Assembly (NCBI GenBank): GCA_964539655.1
Contig: CAZIJH010000002.1
Span: 8,741 to 72,740, forward strand
Source of the DNA: an uncultured archaeon
Lineage (GTDB): Archaea > Aenigmatarchaeota > Aenigmatarchaeia > CG10238-14 > SCSR01
Length of the DNA: 64,000 nucleotides
Direction: 5' to 3'
The translations under genes were made by a program, and so were the position numbers. Of this stretch, positions 38,609 through 49,331 are shown in pieces. Each line of letters begins with the position of its first letter. Positions within the stretch are counted from its first letter, which is position 1. Below the pieces are notes generated by a model. It was not told where the DNA came from, ran no database searches, and saw only the letters and a list, made by a program, of their open reading frames with translations.

Positions 38609-41018
38609 GCAAGACGTGGAAACAATCGCGAAGAACCTGGAAAGTTTCAGGGAAAAAATTAGTGGAAAGACTTTTCTTGTAACGGGCGGCGCCGGATTTC
38701 TCGGAAGCTGGGTGTGCGACACTGCGATAAGCCTCGGCGCAAAAGTTATCTGCGTTGACAATCTAGTTTCGGGAGTCGCAACCAATGTAGAACATTTAAT
38801 GAAAAATCCCAACTTCGAATTCATCAGTTCAGACATTCTGAACTTCGACACGGACAAAAAAATCGATTACATTTTTCACATGGCAAGCATAGCTTCGCCT
38901 CCATTGTATATGGAATATCCAATAGAGACTCTTGACTCGAACATATTCGGAACAAAAAGGATGCTCGAGCTCGCGAAAAAAAATAATTCTAGTGGATTCG
39001 TTTTCATGAGCACTTCAGAAGTTTACGGAAATCCTCCCGACGAGTTCGTTCCTACTCCAGAAACTTTCCATGGAGTCGTGAATTCATTTGGCCCGCGCAG
39101 CGTCTATGACGAAGGCAAGCGCGCCGCAGAGGCATACTGCTATTCTTTTTTCCAGAAATTCAAAATGCCAATCAGGATTTCAAGAACGTTCAACACCTAC
39201 GGCCCGAGGCTCGATGTGAAGTCTAGAACGAGTTACGGAAGGGCTCTCGTGAAATTCATTTCTCAAGCCATCGACGGCCAGCCGATTAGCATTTACAGCG
39301 ACGGGAAGCAGACCAGAAGTTTCTGTTACATCACAGACCAAATAGAAGGACTTTTCAGGCTCATACTTACTGAAGGTGTTGACGGGGAAGTTTTCAACAT
39401 CGGGCAGGAAGAAGAAATCACAATAGAAACGTTGGCCAGAATGATTGTCAATTTTACAGGATCAAGTTCTATCGTCGAGACAAACACGAAGCCGAACTAC
39501 GACTTGAAAGATGATCCGAGAAGGAGATGTCCGAATATTTCCAAGGCAAGATTGAAGCTTGCGTACAATCCAAAAGTAAAATTGGAAGTGGGTCTGAAAA
39601 GGACGATCGATTGGATAAAAATACACGCCGAAAAGGAAAAAGAAATTCTAAAAAAAAACTTTAGATCAGGCGACATAAGAGGAGTTTACGGCAAGGATCT
39701 TAATGAAGATACCGCGAAAAATATCGGCAAGGCGTATGGTACTTTCATCGGCGGCAGAGACGTTTTCGTCGGCAGGGATTTCAGAACAAGTAGCAAATCA
39801 TTATCAAAATCTTTGATTGACGGACTAATTTCTGTCGGATGCAATGTAATTGATTTGGGGGAGGTCACATCGCCTGTTCTTTATTTCGCCGTCGCCAAAA
39901 ACGGAAACAATGGCGGAATAATGGTCACCGCTAGCCACAACCCTCCAGAATGGAATGGCTTCAAACTGTGCAACCAAGACGGTTCTCTGATAGTCGAAGG
40001 GTTCGGAATGGAAAACGTGTTCGAAATTTTCGCGAGCGGAAAGTTTTTGAATAACGGAAAAATCGGGAATGTTTCCAGCAACGTCAAAATAATTGACGAA
40101 TACATTGATTTTGTCTCAGGAAAGATCAAAGCTAACAAAAAATTGAAAATTGTGATAGACACTGGTAACGGAACCGGAGTCCTTGTTGCCCCCAAAATTT
40201 TTACCAAGCTTGGGCATGAAATAATTTTGATAAACGAACAACCAGACGGTACATTTCCGTCTAGACCGTCCGATCCTAAGAATGGACATCTTACCAAATT
40301 GAAGGAAGAAGTTTTGAAAAACAACGCTGATTTTGGAGTGGCATATGACGGAGATGCTGACAGGATTGGGGTAATTGACGAGTCTGGAGATTTTATAGGC
40401 AATGGAAATGTAATGATAATGATTTTTTCGAAGATGTATCTCGAATCTAACCCCGGATCGAAAATAGTTTTTGACATCTGCTGCTCGTCCGCCGTTGAAG
40501 AATACATAAGAACAAACGGAGGAATACCGCTTGTTAACAGAGTCGGGCATGGCCACATAGTCAACAGGATGATAAAGGAGAATGCAATATTTGGCGGAGA
40601 ATTCAGTAACCATCTTTACTTTTCAGACATGTTCAATTTTGACGACGCGGTATATGCGAGCATGAAAATTTCAGAATTGCTTTCCGGAACTCAGATGAAA
40701 CTTTCTGACATAGTTTCGTTGTTACCGAAATATCCGAACACGGACATTTTTGAAATAAAATGTTCCGACCATTTGAAATTTAATGTCGTTGACGCAGTAA
40801 AAAACAAGATCAAAAAAAATGGAATGAAAACTTTGGACATAGATGGCGTGAAAGTTTTTTCAGACAACGGGTGGGCATTAATCAGAGCTTCAAACACACA
40901 ACCTGTAATAAAAATTAATGCCGAATCAAATACCTACGAGGATGCAAACAGGATTTTGGAAAACCATGCAAAGATTGTGCAGGAGGAGGTAATCAATCAT
41001 GAAAATTCTAATAACTGA
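38586..41018 (+). CDS. Fusion of UDP-glucuronate decarboxylase (UXS) and phosphomannomutase/phosphoglucomutase
   Basis: GGAGFLG, STSEVYG, YDEGKR, DDPRRRCP; then DIRG, TASHNP, DGDADR, GGEFSNH, RASNTQP. Confidence 0.9.
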   Translation: MEMDQIIKQDVETIAKNLESFREKISGKTFLVTGGAGFLGSWVCDTAISLGAKVICVDNLVSGVATNVEHLMKNPNFEFISSDILNFDTDKKIDYIFHMASIASPPLYMEYPIETLDSNIFGTKRMLELAKKNNSSGFVFMSTSEVYGNPPDEFVPTPETFHGVVNSFGPRSVYDEGKRAAEAYCYSFFQKFKMPIRISRTFNTYGPRLDVKSRTSYGRALVKFISQAIDGQPISIYSDGKQTRSFCYITDQIEGLFRLILTEGVDGEVFNIGQEEEITIETLARMIVNFTGSSSIVETNTKPNYDLKDDPRRRCPNISKARLKLAYNPKVKLEVGLKRTIDWIKIHAEKEKEILKKNFRSGDIRGVYGKDLNEDTAKNIGKAYGTFIGGRDVFVGRDFRTSSKSLSKSLIDGLISVGCNVIDLGEVTSPVLYFAVAKNGNNGGIMVTASHNPPEWNGFKLCNQDGSLIVEGFGMENVFEIFASGKFLNNGKIGNVSSNVKIIDEYIDFVSGKIKANKKLKIVIDTGNGTGVLVAPKIFTKLGHEIILINEQPDGTFPSRPSDPKNGHLTKLKEEVLKNNADFGVAYDGDADRIGVIDESGDFIGNGNVMIMIFSKMYLESNPGSKIVFDICCSSAVEEYIRTNGGIPLVNRVGHGHIVNRMIKENAIFGGEFSNHLYFSDMFNFDDAVYASMKISELLSGTQMKLSDIVSLLPKYPNTDIFEIKCSDHLKFNVVDAVKNKIKKNGMKTLDIDGVKVFSDNGWALIRASNTQPVIKINAESNTYEDANRILENHAKIVQEEVINHENSNN

Positions 41019-41937
41019 GCCGACATACTTCCCGAAAGACATAGAAGAAGAGTTGGAGAAACATTTCTCAATAGTTTCTAAAAAGACAAGCAGGGACGAA
41101 TTGATAAAAGAAATTTCAGATGCAGATATCGTTATTGTAAGAGCCTTAACCAAAATTGACAAGGAAGTTCTGGATTCGGCAAAAAATCTGAAATTAATCT
41201 GTTCGATGACAGCTGGGCTCGATCATATCGACATGGTATACGCAGCTTCGAAAGGAATAGAAGTTTTCAACTCAATCGGATACGCGACCACAGCGACAGC
41301 CGAATACACATGCTCAATTATAATGAACTTGCTCAGAAAGATTCCGTGGGGGTTCGAGAGCTTGAAAAATGGTAGATGGGAAGACAGATCCAAATTCCTT
41401 GGGACAGAACTCGAAGGGAAAACCGTCGGCGTTATAGGATTCGGAAGAATAGGAAGCAGGGTCGGAAAATATGCAAAGGCGTTCGGAGCGAACGTCATTT
41501 ACTACGATCCATATGTCAACAAATATGCAGTGAAAGAGATTGGAGCGCAGGAAGTTTCATTCAATGATCTGCTCAAGACTTCTGACATAGTAACAATACA
41601 TTCGTTCCTGTCAAAGGAAACCGAGAGCATGATTTCGAAAAAGGAAATTGAAATGATGAAAGAAAATTCCTTCATTGTAAACATCGCAAGAGGAAAAATA
41701 ATAAATGAATCTGACTTATTGGAAGCGCTGAAAAGCAAGAGGATTATGGGAGCAGCGTTGGACGTTTTCGAATGCGAACCGCTTGATGTCGGCAGCCCGC
41801 TGGTCAAGTACGCAACAGAAAACACCAATCTAGTTCTCACACCACACCTTGCTGGATCGACATCAGAATCGATAAGAAGCGCTGCGCAGATAGTGAAAGA
41901 TCACATCTCCGCAAAATTCATAAATCCCGGCGGTTAG
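40999..41937 (+). CDS. D-isomer-specific 2-hydroxyacid dehydrogenase (SerA-like, no ACT domain)
   Basis: GFGRIG, NIARG, LDVFECEP, TPHLAGST. Confidence 0.9.
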   Translation: MKILITEPTYFPKDIEEELEKHFSIVSKKTSRDELIKEISDADIVIVRALTKIDKEVLDSAKNLKLICSMTAGLDHIDMVYAASKGIEVFNSIGYATTATAEYTCSIIMNLLRKIPWGFESLKNGRWEDRSKFLGTELEGKTVGVIGFGRIGSRVGKYAKAFGANVIYYDPYVNKYAVKEIGAQEVSFNDLLKTSDIVTIHSFLSKETESMISKKEIEMMKENSFIVNIARGKIINESDLLEALKSKRIMGAALDVFECEPLDVGSPLVKYATENTNLVLTPHLAGSTSESIRSAAQIVKDHISAKFINPGG

Positions 41938-41945
41938 TTGATTTT

Positions 41946-43061
41946 ATGAAAGTCTTGGTGACAGGCGGAGCGGGCTTCATCGGAAGCCATACGGTCGATC
42001 TTCTCGTTTCTAAAGGATTCGACGTAAGAATATTCGACAATTTTGAAAAGCAGGTTCACGGAGAAAAAAAGCCGGACTATCTGAATCGGAATGTCGAGAT
42101 GGTTTCCGGCGATGTCACGAATGTCGACCAATGGGAAAACGTTCTCACAGGCGTCGATGCGGTAATCCATCTTGCCGCGATGGTGGGAATGGGACAGAGC
42201 ATGTACCAGCCGGTGAAATACCTTTCCGTAAATACGATTGGAACTGCGAACATGTACGAAGCAATCCTCAGAAATCCAGATATCAGAAAAAACATACAGA
42301 AGATCATTGTTGCGAGCTCAAAGAGCATTTACGGCGAAGGGGCGTACATGTGCGAGGAACATGGCATCGTCTATCCAAATTCAAGAAAGGTCGACCAGCT
42401 GGAAAAAAATGACTGGGAAGTTTATTGCACAAAATGTAGCAGGCACGCCAATCCAGTCGGAATCTCAGAAGACAAGCCGGTGCAGAATCTTGCGATCTAT
42501 TCGCTGTCAAAGTACGACACTGAAAGAATATCGATGGATTTCGCGGCAGCACTCGGAATAACAACTGTCGCATTCAGGTACTTCAATGTCTATGGTCCGA
42601 GGCAGAGCCTCAACAATCCTTACACGGGAGTGGCTGCAATATTTTTGAGCAGGCTGAAAAATAACAACCAGCCAGTAATTTACGAAGACGGAAATCAGAT
42701 AAGAGATTTCATCCACGTGCAAGACATTGCGGCAGCCAACGTGCTCGCGTTGGAGAAAGCCAAAGAATCTGACGTTTACAATGTCGGAACAGGGCAACAG
42801 ATCACCATCGCGCAGATAGCAAGATTGCTTTCAAAAATTTTGGGAGCCGGAATAGAGCCGGACATAACTAACAAGTTCAGAGCCGGAGACAACAGGCACG
42901 ACTTTTCTGATATAGACAAAATAAAGAAAGTCCTTGGATTCAGTCCAAAATGGAAGCTGGAAGAGGGATTGAAAGACTTAGTACAGTGGTCCGAGTCACA
43001 GACCGCTATCGACAAATTTGACGAGGCAGAAAAGGAAAGGCTGAAATATTTTTCGAGGTGA
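41946..43061 (+). CDS. NAD-dependent nucleotide-sugar epimerase/dehydratase
   Basis: TGGAGFIG, YSLSK, RYFNVYGP. Confidence 0.92.
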   Translation: MKVLVTGGAGFIGSHTVDLLVSKGFDVRIFDNFEKQVHGEKKPDYLNRNVEMVSGDVTNVDQWENVLTGVDAVIHLAAMVGMGQSMYQPVKYLSVNTIGTANMYEAILRNPDIRKNIQKIIVASSKSIYGEGAYMCEEHGIVYPNSRKVDQLEKNDWEVYCTKCSRHANPVGISEDKPVQNLAIYSLSKYDTERISMDFAAALGITTVAFRYFNVYGPRQSLNNPYTGVAAIFLSRLKNNNQPVIYEDGNQIRDFIHVQDIAAANVLALEKAKESDVYNVGTGQQITIAQIARLLSKILGAGIEPDITNKFRAGDNRHDFSDIDKIKKVLGFSPKWKLEEGLKDLVQWSESQTAIDKFDEAEKERLKYFSR

Positions 43062-43070
43062 ATAGGTTAT

Positions 43071-44114
43071 ATGAAAGTCTTAGTCACTGGAGGAGCGGGC
43101 CTAGTAGGATCTTACTGCTGCCAGTTCTATGCGGGTAGGGGAGACCAGGTAGTAGCAGTAGACAATTTCATGCGCGCAAAACTTTTCGGTGAGGCCGGAA
43201 ACACGCAATCGAACGCAAACTTCATAAAAGACAATTTCAAAAACGTCCAGTTCCACAACATGGATTTCAGAGAAGTGGACAAGTTGAGACCTTTGATCGA
43301 AGATGTCGATCTCGTCGTGCACACAGCGGCGCAGCCGTCTCATCCAAAGTCTATTGATATACCCATGGAAGATTTTGAGATAAATGCTGTTGGCACATTG
43401 AAGCTTCTCGAGTTGCTGAGAAAGCACAATGACGATGTGACAATGATAAACTGCTCTTCGAACAAAGTTTACGGTGAAAATCCAAACACAATACCGAAGA
43501 TAATTGAGAAGGAGACTCGCTACGACTACGAGGACAGAGACGGAATCGACGAGACTCTTCCTACTGACGGGACGATGCACACTCCTTTCGGTGTGAGCAA
43601 GCTTGCGGCAGACACGTACGGTCAGGAATATGGAAAATTATACGGACTGAAGGTCGGAACGTTCAGGATGGGCTGCATAACCGGGCCAATGGCCAAGGCA
43701 GTAGAGCTTCACAACTGGGAGCCGTTCTTCCTCTGGACAAACATGCAGGAAAAAACTTTGAGCGTTTTCGGATTCAAAGGCAAGCAGGTGAGGGACGTGA
43801 TCGATGCGAGAGACCTCGTCAGAGCTTTCAACTTTTTCGTCGAAAATCCGAGACCCGGAGAAGCATACAACATGGGCGGAGGAAGACAGAATTCGATTTC
43901 GCTCCTCGAAGCGTTCAAGCTCATCGAAAGCATAACGGGCAAGCCGATGAAATTCGAGATGAAACCGAAGAGAGAGGGTGATCATCAGTGCTACATAACA
44001 GATTTCAGCAAGTTCAGATCCCACTATCCCGAATGGAACATAACGATCGGTCTGGAGCAGGTGTTCAAAGACATCTACAACTGGCTTGTAACTCATCCTC
44101 CGGCACAGCAGTAG
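43071..44114 (+). CDS. rfbE: CDP-paratose 2-epimerase-like (tyvelose epimerase family)
   Basis: AAQPSH, SSNKVYG, PFGVSK, GKQVRD, YNMGGGRQNS. Confidence 0.7.
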   Translation: MKVLVTGGAGLVGSYCCQFYAGRGDQVVAVDNFMRAKLFGEAGNTQSNANFIKDNFKNVQFHNMDFREVDKLRPLIEDVDLVVHTAAQPSHPKSIDIPMEDFEINAVGTLKLLELLRKHNDDVTMINCSSNKVYGENPNTIPKIIEKETRYDYEDRDGIDETLPTDGTMHTPFGVSKLAADTYGQEYGKLYGLKVGTFRMGCITGPMAKAVELHNWEPFFLWTNMQEKTLSVFGFKGKQVRDVIDARDLVRAFNFFVENPRPGEAYNMGGGRQNSISLLEAFKLIESITGKPMKFEMKPKREGDHQCYITDFSKFRSHYPEWNITIGLEQVFKDIYNWLVTHPPAQQ

Positions 44115-44171
44115 AACTAAGTTCCAATCTTTAATTAACTCCAGCAGCGAATTAAAATTGGAGAGTTTTTC

Positions 44172-45251
44172 GTGATACACATAGTCTACGGGACGAGGGC
44201 AGAAATCATAAAATTTTCCCCGCTCATCAAGGAACTGGCAAGAAGGAAACTAAATTTCAAAGTAATTGACACAGGCGACCATGACACAAGCGAGATACGC
44301 AGAGAACTGAAGCTGCGCACACCGGACTACTATTTTGGTAAATCTTTGAGGGAAGTCTGGTCGAAAATGTTTTTTCCCGCAGCAGCCGCATTAACGTTGG
44401 CTTGGGGATTTTCTACCTTCCTCAGGCTGCTAAAAATATTTTCTAAAGAGGGCGAAGTCATAGTCTACCACGGCAATACAAAGATAATTCCACTGGTGGC
44501 GCTTGCAAAAAAGATCCTGTTTTTCAAAAAACTTACGCTGGTCCATTACGAATCTGGGATGAGGGGGAAAACAAACGAATCGTCCTCGTTCGATTTTTAT
44601 GCAAAGTTCGGTGACAAGTTTTCGGACGTCCTGTTTGTGCAATCGGAAAGCTGCAGACGAAATATTTTGAAAGAAAAAATCAAAGGGAAAATTGTTTTTA
44701 TCGGAGACACGGTTCCGGATGTGATCAAAGAAGTGACGAAAATAAAACCTGGCGCAAGTTTGCGAAAAGGAAAATACGTGTTGGTAAATTCCACGAGATC
44801 AATAACAAGCGGTGGCAAGGCGTCCGAATTTGTAAACATAATAAACAATTCGCCGATCGATGTTGTGCTATCGCTCAACCCGAGGATGGTGTACAATCTG
44901 AAAAAATTCGGTGCATATGAAAAAATTGATTTCGGCAAAGTAGAATTGTTCAAAAGTTCCAGCTACGTCGATTTCATTCGTGAAATGAAAAATTCAAAAT
45001 TCGTAATTACAGACAGCCAGGGAGTGCAGCAGGAAAGCGTAGCTCTCGGAAAACCGTGCATAGTTTTGAACGATTTTATCCAAATGCCCGAGCTGAAGAA
45101 AACAGGTTTGATTAATGTGGCAGGATTTGACAGCGGAAAGATATTGAAAATTTTAAACGGGAAAAATAATTTTAAAAATGTTAAAAGCAAAACAAATTCG
45201 AGCAGCAAATCCACCAAAACCGCCGCAGACTATTTGGAGGAACTCGTATGA
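44172..45251 (+). CDS. UDP-GlcNAc 2-epimerase-like protein, degenerate
   Basis: GTRAEIIK, HYESGMR, ITDSQGVQQES. Confidence 0.8.
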   Translation: MIHIVYGTRAEIIKFSPLIKELARRKLNFKVIDTGDHDTSEIRRELKLRTPDYYFGKSLREVWSKMFFPAAAALTLAWGFSTFLRLLKIFSKEGEVIVYHGNTKIIPLVALAKKILFFKKLTLVHYESGMRGKTNESSSFDFYAKFGDKFSDVLFVQSESCRRNILKEKIKGKIVFIGDTVPDVIKEVTKIKPGASLRKGKYVLVNSTRSITSGGKASEFVNIINNSPIDVVLSLNPRMVYNLKKFGAYEKIDFGKVELFKSSSYVDFIREMKNSKFVITDSQGVQQESVALGKPCIVLNDFIQMPELKKTGLINVAGFDSGKILKILNGKNNFKNVKSKTNSSSKSTKTAADYLEELV

Positions 45252-46360
45252 AAATTCTGATGCTTTGCCCGATGTTGAGTAGCAGCTCGTTCATTACGAC
45301 CTATCCTCCGGCAAAAATATTGTCAAAGAAACACGAAGTGACCATAGTCGGGCCACTTTTCGGAAAAGAAAGTCCGTACGTGAAAGACAGCTCGTTAAAA
45401 TTTGAATATATCGAACCTGTAGTTAGACATCCTGTGCAAGTAGGAATGCTGAGCCTTTTCCCTAAAAATTTTTCACGTCTCATGAAAAATGATTACGATG
45501 TTGTGCATGTCTTCAAACTTCTACCGCACACCGCTCCAGCGGCGGCTTTCGCAAAGAAGTTCACAAAGAAACCGCTGGTTCTTTCGATAGACGACTATGA
45601 CGCAGTTGGTGGTGGTAACAACCCAGTCAAGAAAATGTTTCTGAAATGGGCTGAAAAATCTTACAAGTCCGCAGACTCCATATCAGTCTCGACAACATTT
45701 TTGCAGTCGATCTACGGGGGCGAAGTGATATATCAAGTGGCGAACGAGGAAATTTTTTTGGACCAGAAAATCGACGGCGACGAAATCCGCAAAAAATACG
45801 GGCTCGAAGACAAGATTGTTATTTTGCATGCTGGAACTTTGTACGAGCACAAGGGAGTGGACCTTCTTATAAAAGCCGTGCAGAAAATCGGAAGGCCCGA
45901 CGTGAAGTTGCTGATTGTCGGCGGCACGATAAACAACAACGAGATAGAATATTACAAAAACATTGCGGGAGAAGAAACAATTTTCACAGGGCATGTGCCG
46001 ATACAGGAAATTCCGAAATTTGTGGCAGCATGCGACATATACGCGATTCCCACGAAGCTTACGGACTACACGAGAGTCGAATTGCCTGCAAAAATTTTCG
46101 AGCCAATGATGATGGGCAAAGCGATAATATCCACTTCCATATCCGACGTGCCTGAAATTCTTGACAACGGAAATGCGGGAATAGTAGTGGAACCTAACAG
46201 CGTTGATTCTCTGGCAGATGGTCTCGACAAGCTGATCAACGAAAAAATTTTAAGGAAAAAGATTGGAATCAAAGCAAAGGAAAGGTACATTGAAAACTAC
46301 AGCTACGAGAATATCGAGAAGAAGTTGAATGTTGTTTATTCGAAGGTGGGCGTCTCATGA
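45248..46360 (+). CDS. Glycosyltransferase family 4
   Basis: HKGVD, PAKIFEPMMMG. Confidence 0.9.
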   Translation: MKILMLCPMLSSSSFITTYPPAKILSKKHEVTIVGPLFGKESPYVKDSSLKFEYIEPVVRHPVQVGMLSLFPKNFSRLMKNDYDVVHVFKLLPHTAPAAAFAKKFTKKPLVLSIDDYDAVGGGNNPVKKMFLKWAEKSYKSADSISVSTTFLQSIYGGEVIYQVANEEIFLDQKIDGDEIRKKYGLEDKIVILHAGTLYEHKGVDLLIKAVQKIGRPDVKLLIVGGTINNNEIEYYKNIAGEETIFTGHVPIQEIPKFVAACDIYAIPTKLTDYTRVELPAKIFEPMMMGKAIISTSISDVPEILDNGNAGIVVEPNSVDSLADGLDKLINEKILRKKIGIKAKERYIENYSYENIEKKLNVVYSKVGVS

Positions 46361-47436
46361 AAATAACCTTACTTGGCCACACAGTCCCTTACAGCGGAGT
46401 CACTGGAGTGAGCAGAGGAATCAGCAAATACATTTACAATCTCGGGCAGGGACTGGTGAATGACGGCAATGACGTCAGACTTTACGTAAGGGACGACGGC
46501 TTTCATGCAAGAGAAAACTGGGTGAAAAAAATACCAGCACCAACATTCTCCTGGATTCCGTATCCGATTTTCGCGTTGCCAAAAATTCTGATGACGAAAT
46601 CCGACATATTCCATTCGGATTGGATCACAACAGGATACCCGTTGGTCGTGGCGAGAAAAAAACATGTCGTCGTGTCTGCGCATGATGTGATACCATTTAC
46701 ATACGACTGGAAAAATCTCTCTCCTGGAGATAAGATACGGACTATGTGGTACATGAAATGTTTCAACGCAATCAAGAATGCAAATGCAATAATTTTCATG
46801 TCAGAGTACGCGAGAAGCGAAGCAAAAAAATACACTGACTTGAAAGACGACCAGATGTTCGTTGTTCACAACGGAATAGACCATTCGGCATTTTTCCCAG
46901 TAAAAAAACAGAAGCACAAAAAATTAAGGATCGGATATTTCGGCGGACTGGACGGAAGGAAAAATGTAACCTTGCTCGTAGAGAGCTTCAAAATTCTGAA
47001 CAAGATTTACGACAATTTGGAATTGCATGTCGGAGGCACCGGGAAAAATCTTGAAACATTCAGAAAAATGAAGATTCCAAACGCGCATTTTTACGGATAC
47101 ATACCCGACTCGAAGCTAAACGAATTCTGCAACTCGCTGGACATATTCGTGTTCCCCTCCCTCCAGGAAGGGTTTGGATTCATGCTGCTAGAAGCTATGT
47201 CGTGCGGTGTGCCGACGGTTGCGGTAAATTCCGGAAGTTCGCAGGAGATTGCTGGCAAAAATTCGCTCATGGTTCAGCCCATCATCGAAAGCATGGTAAA
47301 GGGGATTTCAAAACTGATCGAAAGCGAGAAATTGAGAGACAAACTCGCCGTCGGCGGACTAGACAGGTCCAATGAATTCACATGGGAGAAGTGTACCAAC
47401 GACACTTTAAATATTTATGAACGAATTATTGAGTAG
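46357..47436 (+). CDS. Glycosyltransferase family 4
   Basis: RKN, PSLQEGFGFMLLEAMSCG. Confidence 0.92.
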   Translation: MKITLLGHTVPYSGVTGVSRGISKYIYNLGQGLVNDGNDVRLYVRDDGFHARENWVKKIPAPTFSWIPYPIFALPKILMTKSDIFHSDWITTGYPLVVARKKHVVVSAHDVIPFTYDWKNLSPGDKIRTMWYMKCFNAIKNANAIIFMSEYARSEAKKYTDLKDDQMFVVHNGIDHSAFFPVKKQKHKKLRIGYFGGLDGRKNVTLLVESFKILNKIYDNLELHVGGTGKNLETFRKMKIPNAHFYGYIPDSKLNEFCNSLDIFVFPSLQEGFGFMLLEAMSCGVPTVAVNSGSSQEIAGKNSLMVQPIIESMVKGISKLIESEKLRDKLAVGGLDRSNEFTWEKCTNDTLNIYERIIE

Positions 47437-47442
47437 GATTTT

Positions 47443-48318
47443 ATGAAGCTGCTTGTCACAGGAGGTTCTGGTTTCATAGGTTCCCATCTGATCGAAAGGC
47501 TGGGGGCAGAAAACGAAATTGTGAATGTTGATATCGTGCAGCAGAGCAGCACTCACAAATCCCAATTTGTGAATTGCGATATAACAGATTATAAGATGCT
47601 CGCCGAGAAGCTAGGCGACAAGGTCAAAAATTTTGACGCGATCGTACATCTTGCAGCTCTTTCGCGCGAGGTGGAAAGCAACAAGAATCCGGAGGTGTAT
47701 TTCAAGACGAATGTCGACGGGACAATCAACATGCTCAGAATTGCGCGAGACTTCGGAATCAAAAAATTCATTTTCGCTTCTACTTATTTGGTCTACGGCG
47801 ATCGGACAGAGATGCCGGTCAACGAGGAAACCGTCCTGAATCCAAGAAGCATATATGCGTCCACAAAAGCCGCCGCCGAGTTCTTTTGCAACTCGTTCCG
47901 ATACATTTACGGAATAGATTCAATAATTTTCAGGCAGGCTCTTGTTTACGGAAAAAACGATCTCGAGAAGCGTGTTGTAAAACTGTTTATCGAGAAAGCA
48001 AGAAACGGCGAAAAGATTTCCGTATTTGGAAATAAGATTCTCGACTTCATTCATGTCAGCGACGTAGTCGACGCGTATACAAAAGCACTTTCGTACAGCA
48101 AGTCGGACACTTTCAATCTTGCCTCTGGAAAAGGAATTTCATTGGTCGAGTTGGCGGATAGCGTCAAGAAAATCATCAATCCGAATGTCGAAATACAGAA
48201 AGAGCAACAGCATGCCGGAGACGTGAGCACGTTCATTGCAGACATCTCAAAGTCGAGGAACATTTTAGGGTTCGAGCCGAAAAACAATCTAATCGAATTT
48301 ATCGAATCGGAAAAATAA
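47443..48318 (+). CDS. NAD-dependent epimerase/reductase
   Basis: TGGSGFIG, YASTK. Confidence 0.9.
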   Translation: MKLLVTGGSGFIGSHLIERLGAENEIVNVDIVQQSSTHKSQFVNCDITDYKMLAEKLGDKVKNFDAIVHLAALSREVESNKNPEVYFKTNVDGTINMLRIARDFGIKKFIFASTYLVYGDRTEMPVNEETVLNPRSIYASTKAAAEFFCNSFRYIYGIDSIIFRQALVYGKNDLEKRVVKLFIEKARNGEKISVFGNKILDFIHVSDVVDAYTKALSYSKSDTFNLASGKGISLVELADSVKKIINPNVEIQKEQQHAGDVSTFIADISKSRNILGFEPKNNLIEFIESEK

Positions 48319-48349
48319 TTTTTATTCGTCAACAATCATAAGTGATAGC

Positions 48350-49327
48350 ATGAAGGAACCTCTCGTAAGCATCGTTTTGTTGACTTGGAACCTCGCTGGA
48401 GAAGCGATTAACTGCATGAATTCGTTGAAAAAGCAGTCCTACAAGAATTTCGAAGTGATTCTGGTCGACAACGGATCGAGGAAGGAAGAAGTAGACAAGC
48501 TAAAAAAGTACATAAAGGGAAACAGGTCTCTTAGGATCAGGCCGGTATTCAACAAAGAGAATTTGGGATTTTGCGAAGGGAACAACGTCGGGGTGCGAGC
48601 TTCCAAAGGAAAGTACGTCGTATTCCTCAGCGACGACACGATACTTGACAGGAATTGGATAAAATTTTTGGTAGAACCCTTCTTCAAAGGAGAGAATGTG
48701 GGCGGAACCGCCTCGAAAATAGTCTTCTACGGGAGAGGGAAAGAAAACATCCTCCAGTACGCCGGAGGAAAAATAAAATTCTACGGCAAGCCTGTCAGCG
48801 AAGGACTGACGATGAAAGACGGCAGGCAGTTCAGCCAGCAGAAACAAACTCTGTGGGGGCAGGGATGCTCGATAATGTTCCCGAGAAAAGTCCTCGACGA
48901 GCTCGACGAATATTTCTGCAAGCAGTTTTTCATCTACTACGACGATGTTGATCTGTGCTGGCGCGTCAACAATCTCGGCTACAAAATAATTTACGTACCA
49001 CGGTCAGTTGTGTATCACAAAGGGTCTGTCTCGGTAATGTCGGACAAGCAGATGAGCCAGAAACAGCTTTTCCTGAACATCAGGAACAAGTACCTCGCAT
49101 TCTGGAGAAATTTGAAAATTCTGGATTTCCTGCTCGTGTTCCCATTTGTAATCGCCTACGATCTGGTCAAGGGATTTTATTTCATGCTGTACAAAGGACG
49201 GACTGCTTTCTACGGAAGCAGGTTCAATTATATGACGAGCACGATAAAATCGATTTTCGGATTCTTCAGTCTCATGTTTTCAGTGAAGAGGCCAAGGAAA
49301 GGAAGTCTTTCCGACCTGGACTGGTGA
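48350..49327 (+). CDS. Glycosyltransferase family 2
   Basis: VDNGS, NLGFCEGNN, YYDDVDLCWR. Confidence 0.92.
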   Translation: MKEPLVSIVLLTWNLAGEAINCMNSLKKQSYKNFEVILVDNGSRKEEVDKLKKYIKGNRSLRIRPVFNKENLGFCEGNNVGVRASKGKYVVFLSDDTILDRNWIKFLVEPFFKGENVGGTASKIVFYGRGKENILQYAGGKIKFYGKPVSEGLTMKDGRQFSQQKQTLWGQGCSIMFPRKVLDELDEYFCKQFFIYYDDVDLCWRVNNLGYKIIYVPRSVVYHKGSVSVMSDKQMSQKQLFLNIRNKYLAFWRNLKILDFLLVFPFVIAYDLVKGFYFMLYKGRTAFYGSRFNYMTSTIKSIFGFFSLMFSVKRPRKGSLSDLDW

Positions 49328-49331
49328 TCGA

